Counted from the stretch's first letter, positions 27,262-41,688 are shown. The stretch is 64,000 bases of DNA from the human T2T-CHM13v2.0 reference genome, Homo sapiens (GCA_009914755.4 CP068257.2:37408001-37472000); one strand, 5' to 3'. Numbers and translations are program-made. The notes: generated by a model not told the origin, from the sequence alone.

Positions 27262-28725
27262 TTATTGTTATTGTTTGTGCTTTTGGTGTCATAGCTAAGA
27301 AGGCTTTTCATGACCCGAGGTTATAAAGATTTACTCCTATGTCTTCTTCTAAGAGTTTTATAGTTTTAGCTCTTACACTTAGGCCTATGATCGATTTTGG
27401 TATACGGTGTAAGGAAGAGGTCCAACTTCATGCTTTTGCATGTGGGTGTCTGGTTGTGCCAGCACCACTTTTTACAGGCATCTGCTAAATCTGGCAACCC
27501 TAGGCAGAGGTTTAGCAACTGGAACAAGTGTAGGGCCTCTGTGAGCATCAGTGGGTTAGAGTTGATCTCTTCCAGGAAAATGTTCATTCTCTTCTTTCCT
27601 CTCCACATGAATCCACACCCTCCTTCAGCCCTTGGCCTTAAACACTAAGTGGAGGCTGGAAAGGAGAGACCACTGGGCCCAGCCTCTGGTGGCATGTGAT
27701 GACAGTGGTGCAATTGTTAATTTTATGATATTGACGTGGCCTTCATTGGAACCAGCTCTTGGCTAGGGCTCAACTATCTGGACTAATCTTCACTCCACTT
27801 TAAGTTTGGAGCCTAAATCCTGCAACAGCAACTAAAATTTATGAATGTTTCTCTTTCCTGGAACCAAGGCCCCTGGTCCAGGTCTCCTATATCTCCTCCA
27901 TTCCCTTTTAAGTTGTATCCTTAGCCATGATGACAGGCATCAGAAGGCATTCCCTCTGTTCAGGGCCTCTGAACCGAGCCAGTGGCAGCTCTTCCTGTCC
28001 CCTGCCACCTTGGTTCACAGAAATCCTCTTCCAGTCCCCTAGGCCGTCAGCCAAATTGCACAGTGAATTCTGCCTGTGAGAATTTAGAGAAACACTTGTT
28101 GGACTGTGTTCCTACAAGCAGGTGTTGAGGCTGCTCAACAGAATGTCTGTGAAAAGACCCAGCCCCCATTGCCTATGCCGTCCCCTTCCTGGCATTGAGC
28201 CTGAAAGCCAACCGGGCAATTTACTTTAAGGCTCAGACTTGACATGGCTCATAACTTTCTTCTGAGCCCATGAAGTTACTTCCCCAGACAAGCTCTGTCA
28301 TCTGCGTGAGATGACTTATCCATTAGCAAGGATGAATAATGCCTAAACACATCACTGGATCTTCCCCAAGCCCCGCTAGGGTATGGAGAACAAGGAATAA
28401 CCCTGCCTGCAGAGCTGGAATCAGGCAATCACCCACAATGCCTTGAGTCCTTGATTCATCCCTGGGAATCATGGCTGAACATGCAGCCCAGGCCCATCCA
28501 AAGCTCGAGGGATGGGGAGGGACAGCTACACATTCCAAAGAATTTGTGTCAACAGAAGCCTTGGTGTCTCTTAATGACCCTCTGGGATGAAGGCAGAAGA
28601 AGCAAAAATAGATCAACCCCCTCCATTAAAGAATGATTATTTTTTTCCTACCTTCATAGTGGGAAACATACTATTGAATTTGCACTTTATTAATGAAATG
28701 TATCATCAAGTTTACCTTTACTATG

Positions 28726-29710
28726 TGTATCAGTCAGGTTCTACCAGAAAAACAGATCAATTTCATATATATGTGTGTGTGTATGTATTCACACATTCTG
28801 ATCATGTATATACACATCATATATATATATATACACACATACACACATAACACATAGGTACATACACACATAAACACACATACGTACACACAAATATATA
28901 TTACTATTATGTATATAAATATATATAAAATATACGTTATATAAATATATATTAAATGTGTATATATACACACATTCTGATCATGTATATACACATCACA
29001 CACACATACACATATATACATACACACACATAAACATACATACAAATACATCTATTACTATTATGTATATAAAATATAATGTATACTTTATAAATATATA
29101 TTAAATGTGTGTGTACATATACACATTCTGATCATATATATACACATACACACACATATACACACACATACATACACACACATATACACGAATATATATT
29201 ACTATTGTTTATAAATATATATTAAATGTGTATATCTATGGATTACTTTTTTATATATGAATATATATTACTATTATGTATATATATAATGTATATTTTA
29301 TAAATATATATTAAATGTGCATGTGTGTGTGTGTAAAATGTATGTAGAGACAGAGGAGAGAGAGACTGATTTCAAGGACCTGGCTTACACGATTGTGGGC
29401 CCAGGCCAGGCAAGTCTGAACTCTGCAGGGCAGGCTGGCAGGCTGGATACTCTCGGGCAGAAGCTGACACTGCAGTCAGCAGATGGAATTTCTTCTTCCA
29501 CAAGGAAACCTCAGTTTGCCTCTTAAGGCCTTTCCACTGATTGGATGAGGCCCACCCAAATTATCAAGGATAACCTCCTTTACTTAAAGTCAACTGACTG
29601 CAGCTGTTAGCCACGTCGACACAATGCCTCCACAGCAATGCCTAGACCAGGGTTTGATTAAACAACTGGGTATTGCAGCCTGGCCACCTTGACACACAGA
29701 ACCAACCACG
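28726..29710 (+). mobile_element. MLT1-type MaLR LTR with a massively expanded internal microsatellite/tandem array (28770-29340)
   Basis: The start 'tgtatcagtcaggttctaccagaaaaacagatcaatttcatatatatgtgtgtg' matches the MLT1 start (TGTATTAGTCAGGGTTCTCCAGAGAAACAGAACC…ATATATAGAGAGAG). The 3' part '…ctgattggatgaggcccacccaaattatcaaggataacctcctttacttaaagtcaactgac…ccagggtttgattaaacaactgggtattgcagcctggccaccttgacacacagaaccaaccac' matches the MLT1 3' half. Confidence 0.75.
28770..29340. repeat. Higher-order tandem array, about 3-4 units of about 145-180 bp, built from (CA/TA)-rich sequence
   Basis: The unit contains 'acacattctgatcatgtatatacacat' (28791, 28970, 29112), 'atatattactatt(a/g)t' (28899, 29052, 29199, 29266) and 'aaatatatattaaatgtg' (28941, 29092, 29214, 29300), separated by CA/TA microsatellite runs. 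Confidence 0.8.
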
Positions 29711-30489
29711 GCGCCAGAAATGCTTCTCTGTTGTTGGATAAGGTGCACGGGTGCAAGGTTTAGATGAAGCAGCTGAGACACACACAGGATGCGGAACCCG
29801 CTAAGTGACCCAAGGTAATGCAGACGTGAAAGGCTGAACTTGGAAGACTTGAAGGAATTATGAGCCAGGGCCCTGGACCAAACTTGCAGAGAACTCAGAG
29901 CTCACCCAAAGGTCCTCAAGCCAGGGCCAAGCATCGGCTCCCACACGCCAAATCCCACCCACTTCGGGTCTCCTCTTCTCACTACCCTCCCAGTTCTGAT
30001 CATGTCTGCCACCCGCTTAAAACTTCTCAACCCAAATTCCTTTGCCTGAGATGTAAGACCACTCAGACTCGGTCTTGGCCGGCTTTCCCAGCCCCCTCTG
30101 CTGCTGAGGTTAGCCCCCTTGACCGAGGCAGTTACACTGCAGAGTACATGCGGGGTCCCCCACACCCCAGCTCTGCCGCGTCCCAGCTCCTTTGCACGTG
30201 CTGTGTGAATTTCCCCTGAACACTCTTCTGGTTTTGATATGGGACTCATATTATCCTCAAAACCCACCTTAATCACCACTACACCTGAGAAACCCCCACA
30301 CCCTCTCCACCTAGAAGTCCCCCACTTGGGCAGGTGAGGGGCCCCTCCTTTGTGCTCCACTAGCTACATCCCTCCATCTGTTCGACATTCCTCTGTTCTT
30401 ACCACAGTATGATAGAACTATGCCTTTATAGTCAATAAGCTAAGATCGTAAGAAAACTAATTCATGCCCCTTCCTTTTTTATGGAATGA

Positions 30490-30715
30490 GAGCTACTATA
30501 GCCAGGGAGTCAGCAAACTAGAGCCCACAAGCCAAATCTGGCCCACTGCCTGTTTTTTTAAATAAAGTTTTACTGGCACACGGTCACACCCATTCACTTA
30601 TATATAGTTCATAGCTGTTCTCAGGCTAGAATGGCAGAAGTGAGTACTTGCCCAGATGGCCAGCAAGGCCTAAAATAACCACTGTCTGGCTCTTTATAGA
30701 GAAAGTTTACCAATC
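30490..30715 (-). mobile_element. Ancient mammalian MITE (terminus 'caggggtcggcaaac…'), antisense relative to the copy at 54465-54672
   Basis: 'agggagtcagcaaactagagcccacaagccaaatctggcccactgcctgtttttttaaataaagttttactggcacacggtcacacccattcac…tacttgcccagatggccagcaaggcctaaaataaccactgtctggctctttatagagaaagtttacc' is the reverse complement of the motif set seen at 54.5 kb. Confidence 0.5.
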
Positions 30716-33700
30716 CCTGCTATGGACTCATCAGTGAGGTGATAGCTGGAAGATGAGGGTGGTGCCACTTCCCAGGGAAGTAGATACTTGATAATGAATG
30801 GGATTTCCACCATGGTACACAGCTACTTCATGACAGTTGCTCATCTAGAGAGGGCAGACCGGCATGCACTTGTTCAAGCTGGGAATGTCGCCCTGTCAGG
30901 AACAGCAGGAATGGCAGCATGCTCTTTGGGTCTGGAGTTCCTCACACTGAGGGAGTTATAATAGCTGTGGGGTTTCCAGGACTGCTCGTGAAGATTTCAC
31001 TAACCCTGGCTTTGCCCAAGAAGGAGTAAGTGCTTCATGGAAAAGTCCCTGGAGGCAGAGTCTTGGATCCGGGAGCTTCCAATGTTTCTATGAATCTATG
31101 CAAACATGGCTTAACTGCTGGCTCAGTTCTTATTGACTTGAGGGCCTCAAGAAAACTCCAGGGAAGACGCCAGTGAATTAGAGGATCTTTCTCAAAGACT
31201 TTGAGATTCTCAAAAATCTGATGATGAACTGGAACATGTGACCATTTCATGGTGCTAGAGGTTATGGAGAAGGGGAGACCATGATTTCACTCCTCAAGGA
31301 AAAATCAGCCATGGAGGGTCAAGGAAGAAAGGGACAAACTCCTTCTTCCTCTCCCATCTTCAGATACCCAGGTCTCTGGGGTGGAGATAGCAAGACCTGG
31401 GGTTGGCTATGTCTTTGTAACCAGGGGCCCCATGAGTGGGACTGTCCTCCCCAAAGAGCCTGCAAGTGTGCAGTGACAGTAGCCGGAATCCACACAAAGA
31501 CGCATTCCAATGTCATTTTCCCCACTGGAAGGGGCTCTGCTTTCCAGGTTAGTGAATTACTCTCGTAATTGCAAGTCGGAACAAGAGCCCCAGGGGAGAT
31601 CTTCGTTTGGATGCCACCGCAGCATAACTGTAGCTGAATGCTGACTTGAAGTTCCAACTGTGGGACAGAGCCACACCGGCTGTGGGCGGGTCTCAGAGAG
31701 CTCAGCCACCCCAAAAGCTGAGACTGGTCAGCATTCCCAGCTCAGACATGCACAGGTTGGTCTGCCCTCTCTAGGTGGGCAACTGGCATGAAATAGCTGT
31801 GTACCATGGTGGAAACTCCATTCATTATCAAGTATCTACTTCCCTGGCACAGTCCTCATCTTCCAGTCTATTCAGAAAAATTTCCCCAGGATTCCAAATT
31901 ATTTGCAGAAACTGTGGCCATTTATCGCATCAATGCCATCTGCTCCCAAGGTTCACACAACGGAATCTGGCAAAATCACACACTGCTCAAGAGTGGGAAA
32001 AAATATTCCATCTTCCTCTTCCCCAAGAGAAACGAGAAATGACACTTGTTTTTTCCAAGACACTCACTCCAAAGGAGTTACAAAGGATCCAGAGAGATTT
32101 CTCATCAAAGGGATTCAAGACAATGACAATTTCTAACATAACTGAAATGACTGATCTGCTACTCAGAAACTTCTTAATTGCCTTGACCGCTCTCTACCCT
32201 TGCTTCCAGTAATTTCGTTATTATTATTGTGTTGGTTGTTTCGGAAAACATCTCAATGTGTTTTCAACAGTTGTCATGGAGAGCTGGCATCATAAGGACT
32301 TCCTGGAGAAAAATCACCTCAAAGGCTCATGTCCTCCACACACACCCCCAGCACACATGCAAGGATTTTGCAGGAGAAACAGGAAGGAACTTTGAAGACA
32401 AAAATATTGTGATGTGATCTATAAATTCATTTCTTTCTTTTGGCACTCATGTGGGTCCTCACCATCTGCCATCACCTACAAATTATTGGCTTTTATTACA
32501 ATGTTATGATTACACATGACAGCAAACACAAAACTTTAACAAATTAACAAAGCATAATTAACACAACTGAAACGTGATTGAGAAACAGCTGCAAACCAAA
32601 GCTCTAACCAGTAAGGAAAGGCACCAGAGAATGTGTCTACATGCAAGTGTTTAGCAATATCTTTGTATTGAGACTATTTGTCAGCTCAGAGGCACAGCTA
32701 CCTGCCAATATCAAGAGACATTTTCTAACATCTAAGCAGTTGTAGAGAGAATGATTACTGAAAAATCCACAAAATCACCCAACAAGGACGTACAAATTCC
32801 ATAATGTTGGGCGAAACAAAGCATTCTGCATTTTTCACAAATAGATACCTGCATAAATCATTTAATACTGTTCCTTTCAATCATCAGGATCATCTTTGTA
32901 TTTGGAGTCCTGTGAAAAGTGTACTGCATACAAAAGCACATGGAACAAAAGAGCACCAAGATGTCACAGGTGGAAGAAAATGGAATCTGTGCTCCAAGAC
33001 TCTGCAATCTCTATTAACAGCATTACTATTCAAAGTTTGTGAAAGAAAGTGCATGAATTCCGAAAGCCATTTGTTCCCTCTGACATGATGGAGCTTTGAG
33101 GAAAGACATCTAATAGAAGAGAAAAGATCAGAAGAGAAAAATCAAACAATTGTGTCTGTGAAGCATGCCTCCCTTCTTAGAACTTTCTAACGTTTAGGGC
33201 AATACCCAGACTTTCTTTCCTTGTTGTACTTCCACCCATGTCCCCCTCTTTGGGAGACAGGATCACCGGCAGGTGCTATGCTTTTCTTTGGGACCCCTTC
33301 AGTTTCTTCTCTTTACTTCCCATCTCACCCCTGACCATTCAGGCCTATTGCCTAATCCCATTTTTAATTTGCTGTCACTTTTTTTCTCTTCCTTCCCTTT
33401 GAGATGCTGCTTGGAACATTTTTCCTTTTCAGTATTCTCCTTTTAGAAATTTAGAACATTCGCCTTTGAAGTCTTATCTGCAATTTTTTTCCTCCTCATT
33501 AAGTTCCAAGTTCCACTGGAAAACTAGGAGAGAGGAACAAGTGGCAGATGACAAGAATATTAAAAAGGACTTAGAAACAGAAAATGCCACTCTCACAACA
33601 ACCAGAATATAGAAAATTGAGCTCATGTAAGCTTCCTAGATCTTAACCGCACTGATGTGAGGCAAATTGCAAAGTCACAGAATTCCTGCAAAGGAAAGAA

Positions 33701-34313
33701 AAATTCTCTTCTCACAACATAGAGGGGGTTTGGTGTTATTGAGCCACGGTGCACCTGTGTGCTAATTTTAACCGCTCCTTTCCCTCCTGCCCCCATGCCC
33801 TTAGGGACATGCTGAAGACTCAGTAAGATGAAGGAGGAGCCCAGACACTCCCTCCTGGCTCCTTTTCCAGCCTCACCTGGAAACCTCCTCAGAGACTCCA
33901 ATCCCTGCCCATGCCCACCCGCCAGACACTCCTCTTCCCTCTGTGCTCATTCTACAAACAAAATGCTTCAGGAGCACGGCCAGCAGCACTGGCTAGTTGC
34001 CATCAGGAGGGAGGGCTCCTGGTGAGCCCCCTCTCTCCTTGCCAGGTGTATTGCTTTCCTGCTGCTGCCATAACAAGTTCCCACAAACACAGTGGCTTAC
34101 AACAACACAAATGGATTATCTTGCAGTTCTGGAGGCCAGATATCTGCAATGGGAAACACTGGGCTAAAATTGAGGTGTCAGCAGGGCTGGTTCCTTCTGG
34201 AAGTTTCAGGGGGGAATCTGTTTCTTTACCTTGACTGGTTTTCTAGACAAGGCTGCCTGCATTCCATGGCTCCTTCCTCCTCCTTCAAAGCCAGCAACAG
34301 CAGAATCATATCA

Positions 34314-34845
<532 letters not shown>

Positions 34846-35415
34846 TCATAAATACTGATTGAGGGTTCTGTGTGCCAGGCTGTATTTTTCCAGGCACTAT
34901 GTAGACAATAGTGAACAAGACAGATGAAATCTCTGACCTGGGAGTCTTCTGCCAGAATCCATGAAACTATGGCAGGCCCACTTGTTAGTTTGCAAGTAAG
35001 GTAAAATCTCAGACAGCTCACAATTCTTCACAATGCTTTTTAAAACTGTGTATCTTAAGGCCTTTATACAAACACGTTAAATCTGGTCTATGGAGTCTGC
35101 CTAAACACTGGGAAAGACTTTAATCACAAAATATTAATTTTACACACCTTCTCACCGAGTTGAAAAGCAATGGAATCCCAAGGAAACATAGTAGATACTA
35201 ACTTACTATCCTCTGATTCCGTGGAAAGCTTATTTGCCATTTCTGGGATAGTTTGCTATACCCATTCACAGGTTGGCCAGGATGACAGGGAACACCTTGT
35301 GTTCACATCTATTCTTGTCACCTGCTGCTCTGCTTCCTAGACACATGGCCAGACCAAATTTCCCAGTGTCTTTTGCAGATGGGTGAGGGTGTGACCATTC
35401 TGGCCAATGGAATAG

Positions 35416-35760
<345 letters not shown>

Positions 35761-36889
35761 AGCTTCTGTGTGGTCTTTCATACACGCAGTCTCCTCCCAC
35801 ATCCACCAGCTGAATGGAGGAGATGGGAAGGCCCTGGAAAATGGAACCACCGTAAGGCAGGAGCCTGGGTCCCTGAGTGATGCTGTGGAGTAGACTTTCT
35901 CCCCCGCAAGTTTCTGCCATCACCTGGACTTTACATGAGTAAGAAAGAAACTCCATTGTTCTGAGCCACTGAAAAATTGGGGTTGTGTGTTACAGAGGTT
36001 AGCCTATCTGACTAACTCAAACAGTTTCAGTATGTGGACCTCAAGTTTGTCTCACACACACATACAAATATATACACATAGATCAACGACACAGAAGCCA
36101 CGCAGACAGAAACGCCAGGACACAGCCACCACCTATGACCGTGCTTAATCTTCTCTCAATTCTTGCAAGCTCCTCTCATGCACTGAGAAATGTCCCAGAT
36201 TCAAGCATTATAATTGCTGTTATTTTTAGCAAGTTATTAAAGTTATATAAGTTATAAAGTTTTATAAATTATATAAGTGACCACTCTTGCTCGTGGAAAA
36301 ATACCATAAAATGATGCATGGTTGAAGAGGCTCAGATTATCAGCAAGACGAGACCCTGGAAATATCAACCCTCCTCATGGATACTTGGAATTCAGTGTCT
36401 GTGAACTCCGTTTCGGGGACTTATGCCAAAGAGAGTTCCTTGTCACTTTCCTTATGGATCAAATGATCTCCATTTGGGAAGCTTCAGGAAACACCCAGCT
36501 AAGGTGAGAATGCAGCCAGCTTCTCCGTCCCAAAGGAAGACTTTGGGCTGTTTTGGGGTTTGTTTAAACCAGGCCCCTTTGTCAAAATTCTGTGAAGCAA
36601 GACCCACCTTTGTGGGTAGAGAAGAGTCCAACCCAATGCATGGATTTTAGTCCTGCCTCTGCTTTCTCCTTTTCTAACCTGTTGCTATTCAGGGAATCTT
36701 TCTAAAACTGGATAAAAATGTAATGCAGCAAATGCTTATCCAGTATATGCAACGTGCAAAGCTCCAAGTTCGGCACTTAGAAAGACGCTAAGATGGGGAG
36801 CGACACGGCCCCTGCCCATCTATCTCTGTCCTAACTCCCAAGGGTCTCTCCTTCTCCACTCCCAACAGTGCTGGGAGGTAGACAAGGGT

Positions 36890-36960
36890 TGCTGCCCCAT
36901 TTAATGGATGAAGAAGCTGAGGCTTACAGAGCACAAGTTGTCTGCTGAAGATCACAAGGA
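36890..36960 (+). mobile_element. MIR fragment
   Basis: 'ccccatttaatggatgaagaagctgaggcttacagagcacaagttgtctgctgaagatcacaagg' resembles 'ccccattttacagatgaggaaactgaggcacagagaggttaagtaacttgcccaaggtcacacag'. Confidence 0.5.
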
Positions 36961-37090
36961 TCGATGGTGGCAGAGCTGAAACCAAACTGCAGATCTGTTG
37001 GGCATCCAGTCCAGCTCCACGCTACTCTCACCTCACTGCACACACGTGGAAACTTTATTGCAAACACTCCAAATTATGTTCAATTACTGG

Positions 37091-37167
37091 AAATATCAAA
37101 ATTTGAGACCCAAACAAATTATATCTCAACCAACAACATTCAACCCAGGGGAAAGGCAGTTAAAGGG

Positions 37168-37199
<32 letters not shown>

Positions 37200-37376
37200 G
37201 TGCACACACATGCATGCACATACATACACACACACTCAAATATCAAAATTTGAGACCCACACAAATTATATCTCAACCAACAACATTCAACCCAGGGGAA
37301 AGGCAGTTAAAGGGCATTTTACACACACACACACACACGTGCACACACATGCATGCACACACATACACACACACTC
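37091..37376. repeat. Tandem duplication (about 147 bp + about 139 bp), each copy containing (CA)n and a (CA/TG)-mixed tract
   Basis: Copy 1 at 37091-37237 and copy 2 at 37238-37376. Both read 'aaatatcaaaatttgagaccca(a/c)acaaattatatctcaaccaacaacattcaacccaggggaaaggcagttaaaggg(t/c)attttacacacacacacaca…cgtgcacacacatgcatgcaca…cacacacactc'. Confidence 0.9.
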
Positions 37377-40300
37377 AATCCCTCACTCCACCTCTGAATT
37401 TCCTAGAGCATCATTCCACTCTGCCCTTTGCGAGGCCCATATTCGTAGCCTCTCTTGGTGTGGAACCACAGGGATAAGTCACAATATGTTCCCTCCCGGA
37501 ATAAATCACCTGTCAGCTGTCCTGCAGCTAGAATTTCTCGGTGACCTGTCCCCAGCTGGTCCTGCTGTGACAGCCGCAACTTGGGATTCCTATTTTCCCT
37601 GGGAGCAGGTGACAGCTTGCAGGCTTGCTGAAAGACACCCATCCCAGCTTTGACGGGGCATCTGCAGGGCCCTCACCTTCCTCTGCAGGGTCCCCGAGCC
37701 TCCTGCTCATCCATTTCCCCTCCAGCACCCCCAGAGCAGCCTGGAGCCAGCCTGCAATGTCAGACACAGGCAGCAGGTCACTCAGGCCCATGCACAGAAC
37801 CTGCTGTCCCATCTGCCTGGGCTGTCCCCAAGGCACAGGGGCTGCGGACACCCACCAACAGGGGGGAACCCAGAGGAGGGGCTCATAGAAGCAGGAGGAC
37901 GGAGCAGGGCTGACCAACAGGCACAGGGACACAGCCCGTCAGCAGTACCTCTGCTGTCTCTCTCGGTGGTTTCTGAAGGACCACTTACTGCTCAGCCCAT
38001 CTTCAGCCCCTCTCCAGATCCCACCAACAGGGTTTAAGAACCTTTGCTATTTCTGCACCAACAGTTTGGTTTTCCAAACTGGGAGGCTTGTGATCAATGT
38101 GCCCTGATTGGAACCACCACCGCCACCCCCCACCAGCTGGACTGAAAGGCACCTCACTCAGAAGGAGCTAAAATCCACAGCTTGCAGTGTGACAGAGCTG
38201 GAGGAAGATGTAATAGAGGAATCAACGCATTTTCCAAGCCATTTGGGGACCGTGGTATGGTTCGGCCCATAGAGTCTCAGTCACCCCATGGAGGAGCTCA
38301 TCAATGAGGCTTCAGAACAAGGCCTTAGCTCACTGGCTGGGTTCACATGACCCCACCATCATCCTCAGAACAGGAGCAGAGGACGAGGGATGGACGAGAG
38401 CAGCTGGGCGTCAGTGTGACCCGCTCTGAGACTCCCCAGACCTGGCGTCTCATTTGACCTGAGGGACAAGCCCTCTGCCCGCCTCTCACATGGCCAGGCC
38501 ACCCCCAGCTCTGCGTGGACACGCTGCTGTCTACGCTTGCAGAGCTGCTGTCATCTGAAGGCATCACCCACTCCTGCTAGATGGGACCGGATGAGCCACC
38601 ACCAGGGGACGAACTTCCTGCATCCCCATGTGCCCCTGGGCAGTTTCCACACTGCTGGCCTCCCCAGGTATGTAACTCCATGCATGGGCCGACCTCACCT
38701 TCCTAATGAGACCTGGTCCCTTGGGGCCAGGACAGTGGGGCCACTTCCTATAGCACAGCGCTGGTCAGACAGGAGAGAGGTGATGAATTCCCAGGCAGTG
38801 AGCCCCATTCTCCTTCCCCTCCTCACCCTTCCTAGAGCCTGGGGAAGCCTGCAGGCCACGGCCCCCCTCTGCGGGGTCCCCACACATGAGTCCCCATGCC
38901 TGATCCCAGACGTTCTACCCACAGCTGCCCACGGCAGGCATGGAGGTGACCAGCACCCAGGAGCTACCTGGCCTGAGGCCTCCAACACACAGGCTCACCA
39001 GCACGGGGGAGGGCTGCAGCCCAGCCCAGCCCTGTCGCTGCAGGCAGAACATGAGACCCACAGGAAGGCACCAGCTTTAGGGTGAGTCAGGCTGAGAGTC
39101 ACACACAGTGTGGGCAGCTGAGGCCATGAGGCCTCAGGCCATGTGCAGGGATCCTGGATGAGCCTCCACTCCTTCCTGCCCATACCTGAGACGAAAGATG
39201 CTCAGGGTAGCAGCAGTCTCGAGGCGGTAAGGCAAAGGCCAGCGGGGACGCTTGTAGGCAGCTAACACAGTGAGAGCAGAAACAAGCACTCAGCCCTCCG
39301 GGAGCTGCCAGCTTCACGGGAACGAGATCCTCTCCAGGGGATCTGGAGCGGCTGCGTGTTCCGCACATTAATCCTCTCCATGAGACCTGGTCACCTTTCT
39401 CCCCCTGAGTTCCTGAGCATCGCAGCTGGGGAATCTGGGCAGGGCCCCGTCATCGCCTAAGAAAATCGCTGCACCATGACAACCTGCAGCTCGCTAACCC
39501 CATTCTGCATTCATCTCAGCCTTCCCTTACTGCCTGTGTCTTACTTAATTTGCAAACATCTTGCACCCTCGCTTTCACCAGATCCTGGACTTAGAGGCAG
39601 TGTTCTTGTCCATAGAATTGTGCTCCGAGGCTGCACGCCCACCTCTCCAATGCTATTTCACCTTGCTCCATTCACTCGCCTCTCCAGCCCCATGTTTGTG
39701 GTGCCAGCAGCAGTGGGGAAGGTAGGAAGGAAGCTGGTGCATGGGGACAGGCAGCAGGGCTGCTGGATGGAGTGTCCCAGTGTGCCACACAGTGGCATCC
39801 AGCTTCCACCCTCCGAGCCAGTCAAGGTCAACCAAGAGCCACCAGGTGTCATGTCTGGAGATGGAGAACAACGGTGGGAGCAGCAAGAGATGTAGAGGGA
39901 TGCGGAGCCTTCTCAGAGAGGACACGTCTTTCTCACTTCTACCTCATGACAGGTGCCCGAAAATATTGTACAGGTGTATTCAGAAAGAGTAGAGAGCCAC
40001 GGATGTGAGTAGTGGCGGTGAGCATTAAATGCCACACTTACCTGCAGAACTAAGGATGAGTGATGGTTATGATGGAGAGAGTGTGGCTGGCAATGGCGTT
40101 ATGCTCTGAGAGTGAGACACAGAACAACCCTATCAAATGGTGGAATGATGGGAAGTGCATATAAAGAGTAGAATAAACCTCCTGATTGCCTTACAGGTAT
40201 TAACCAGGAATAAAAGGATGTTTTTCAAATCAGATGCTGGAGAAGAGGTAGGAGAAAGAGAAGAAGAGGTTAATAGCTGCTTTCAATATTGCTCACAATA

Positions 40301-40420
40301 GGGAACTGAGAGACCATAGGCAAAAAGAAAAGAGAGATAGGATGATTATTATATACAAGTATTAATAGAGAGGTAACCAAAAATATACACCTTTTGTGGT
40401 AGATTTAAGACAGCCACATA

Positions 40421-40727
40421 GGCTGGTGTCTCACAACTGTCATCACAGCACTTTGAGAGGCTGAGGTGAGAGGATCACCTGAGGTCAGAAGTTTGAGACC
40501 AGCCTGGGCAACATAGTGAGACCTGTCTATACAAAAAACATTTTAAATTAGGCAGCCATGACAGTAGACACTAGTAGTCCCAGCTACTCAGGAAGCTGAG
40601 GTGGGAGGATCACATAAGCCCAGGAGTTAAGAGGCTACAGTGAGCTATGATTGCACCACTGCACTCCAGCCTGGGTGATTTTTTTTTTTTTTTACAGACC
40701 CTGTCTCTAAAATATATATATATATAT
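40421..40727 (+). mobile_element. Alu SINE (older, AluJ-like) with a T15 insertion near its 3' end and a (TA)n tail
   Basis: 'ggctggtgtctcacaactgtcatcacagcactttgagaggctgaggtgagaggatcacctgaggtcagaagtttgagaccagcctgggcaacatagtgagacc…ccactgcactccagcctgggtgatttttttttttttttacagaccctgtctctaaaatatatatatatat'. Confidence 0.85.
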
Positions 40728-40743
40728 TCTTTGCTACTTCTTT

Positions 40744-41012
40744 GCTGGGTGCTGTGGCTCACTCCTATAATCCCAGCACTTTGGGAAGCCAAGGCAGGAG
40801 GATCACCCAAGGCTAGGAGTTTTGAGACCAGCCTGCACAATGTACCAAGATCCCATCTTTGCTAAAATAAAAAAATTAGGTAGGCATGATAGGCAGCTCT
40901 ATAGTCCCAACTACTCGGGAGGCTGAGGTGTGACAATTGTTTGAGCCAAGGAGTTCCAGGCAGTGAGCTATGCCACTGCACTTCAGCCTGACCCTGTCTC
41001 TTAAAAAGAGAA
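40744..41012 (+). mobile_element. Alu SINE (AluJ-like)
   Basis: 'gctgggtgctgtggctcactcctataatcccagcactttgggaagccaaggcaggaggatcacccaaggctaggagttttgagaccagcctgcacaatgtaccaagatcccatctttgctaaaataaaaaaattagg…cactgcacttcagcctgaccctgtctcttaaaaagagaaaag'. Confidence 0.85.
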
Positions 41013-41688
41013 AAGAAGAAAGAACATGGTGGAAGTGAAGTGACATTCTGAGACTTGTGAGGTTAGGCCATTAGAACTCTTGCAGTTTCTGCCTGGCCCT
41101 GCTGAACATGCTCTCTAGGAGCCCTGAGGCCAGGTGAGGAGTCCAAGCACTCTGCAGGTGCTCGGCCTAAGCCTCAGCTAAGCCTCACCCTCTGGCATCC
41201 ACTTCAAGTCACCAGACATGGAAGTCAACAGCCACTCAAATACTCTAAACCAACCCATTCACAGCTGAATATAATTAAGTGACTTCTGTTCAGGACGCCT
41301 GAAACAGAAGAATCACCCCGCCAGTCCCTGCTCAATTGCCTGGCTCACAAAATCATCTGTCAGTATGAGTTCATGATGCATTTGATCTCAAAGGAAATAT
41401 AAACTATCTTTAAGAAGATACTGTCCCCTGAAAAGGCCTAGAAATGTATCATCAACCCAGCAGCACTGAGCACTGTCATGCTGCACTGTGGTCTCTAAAT
41501 ACCATTTCCTACCAAAAAGAACGGGGCTGCCTGCAGGAATGGCTGATTCCAGATCCGAAAATGAAAATACACACAATGAATCTAAAATTGTGTCATCCAG
41601 AAATCAAAGAAGCTACCAAACATTAATAGGGGCATGCCAAAAGAAATCAGGAGTTCATCTGAATAAAATCTTACTCATCAAAAATAAA

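Noticed and set aside
36964-37653. 229-aa ORF (plus strand) and overlapping 159-aa ORF
   Set aside because: The sequence is dominated by THTHTH / HTHTHT runs produced by translating the (CA)n tracts of the tandem duplication at 37091-37376. It has no start context and no codon-usage signal.
38537-39085. 182-aa ORF in the GC-rich 37.5-40 kb region (and neighbouring 80-140-aa ORFs on both strands)
   Set aside because: They are proline- and arginine-rich and low complexity. Overlapping ORFs on both strands in every frame are what random GC-rich DNA produces. No splice-site or conservation evidence is available from the sequence alone. A real exon cannot be excluded without a database search.
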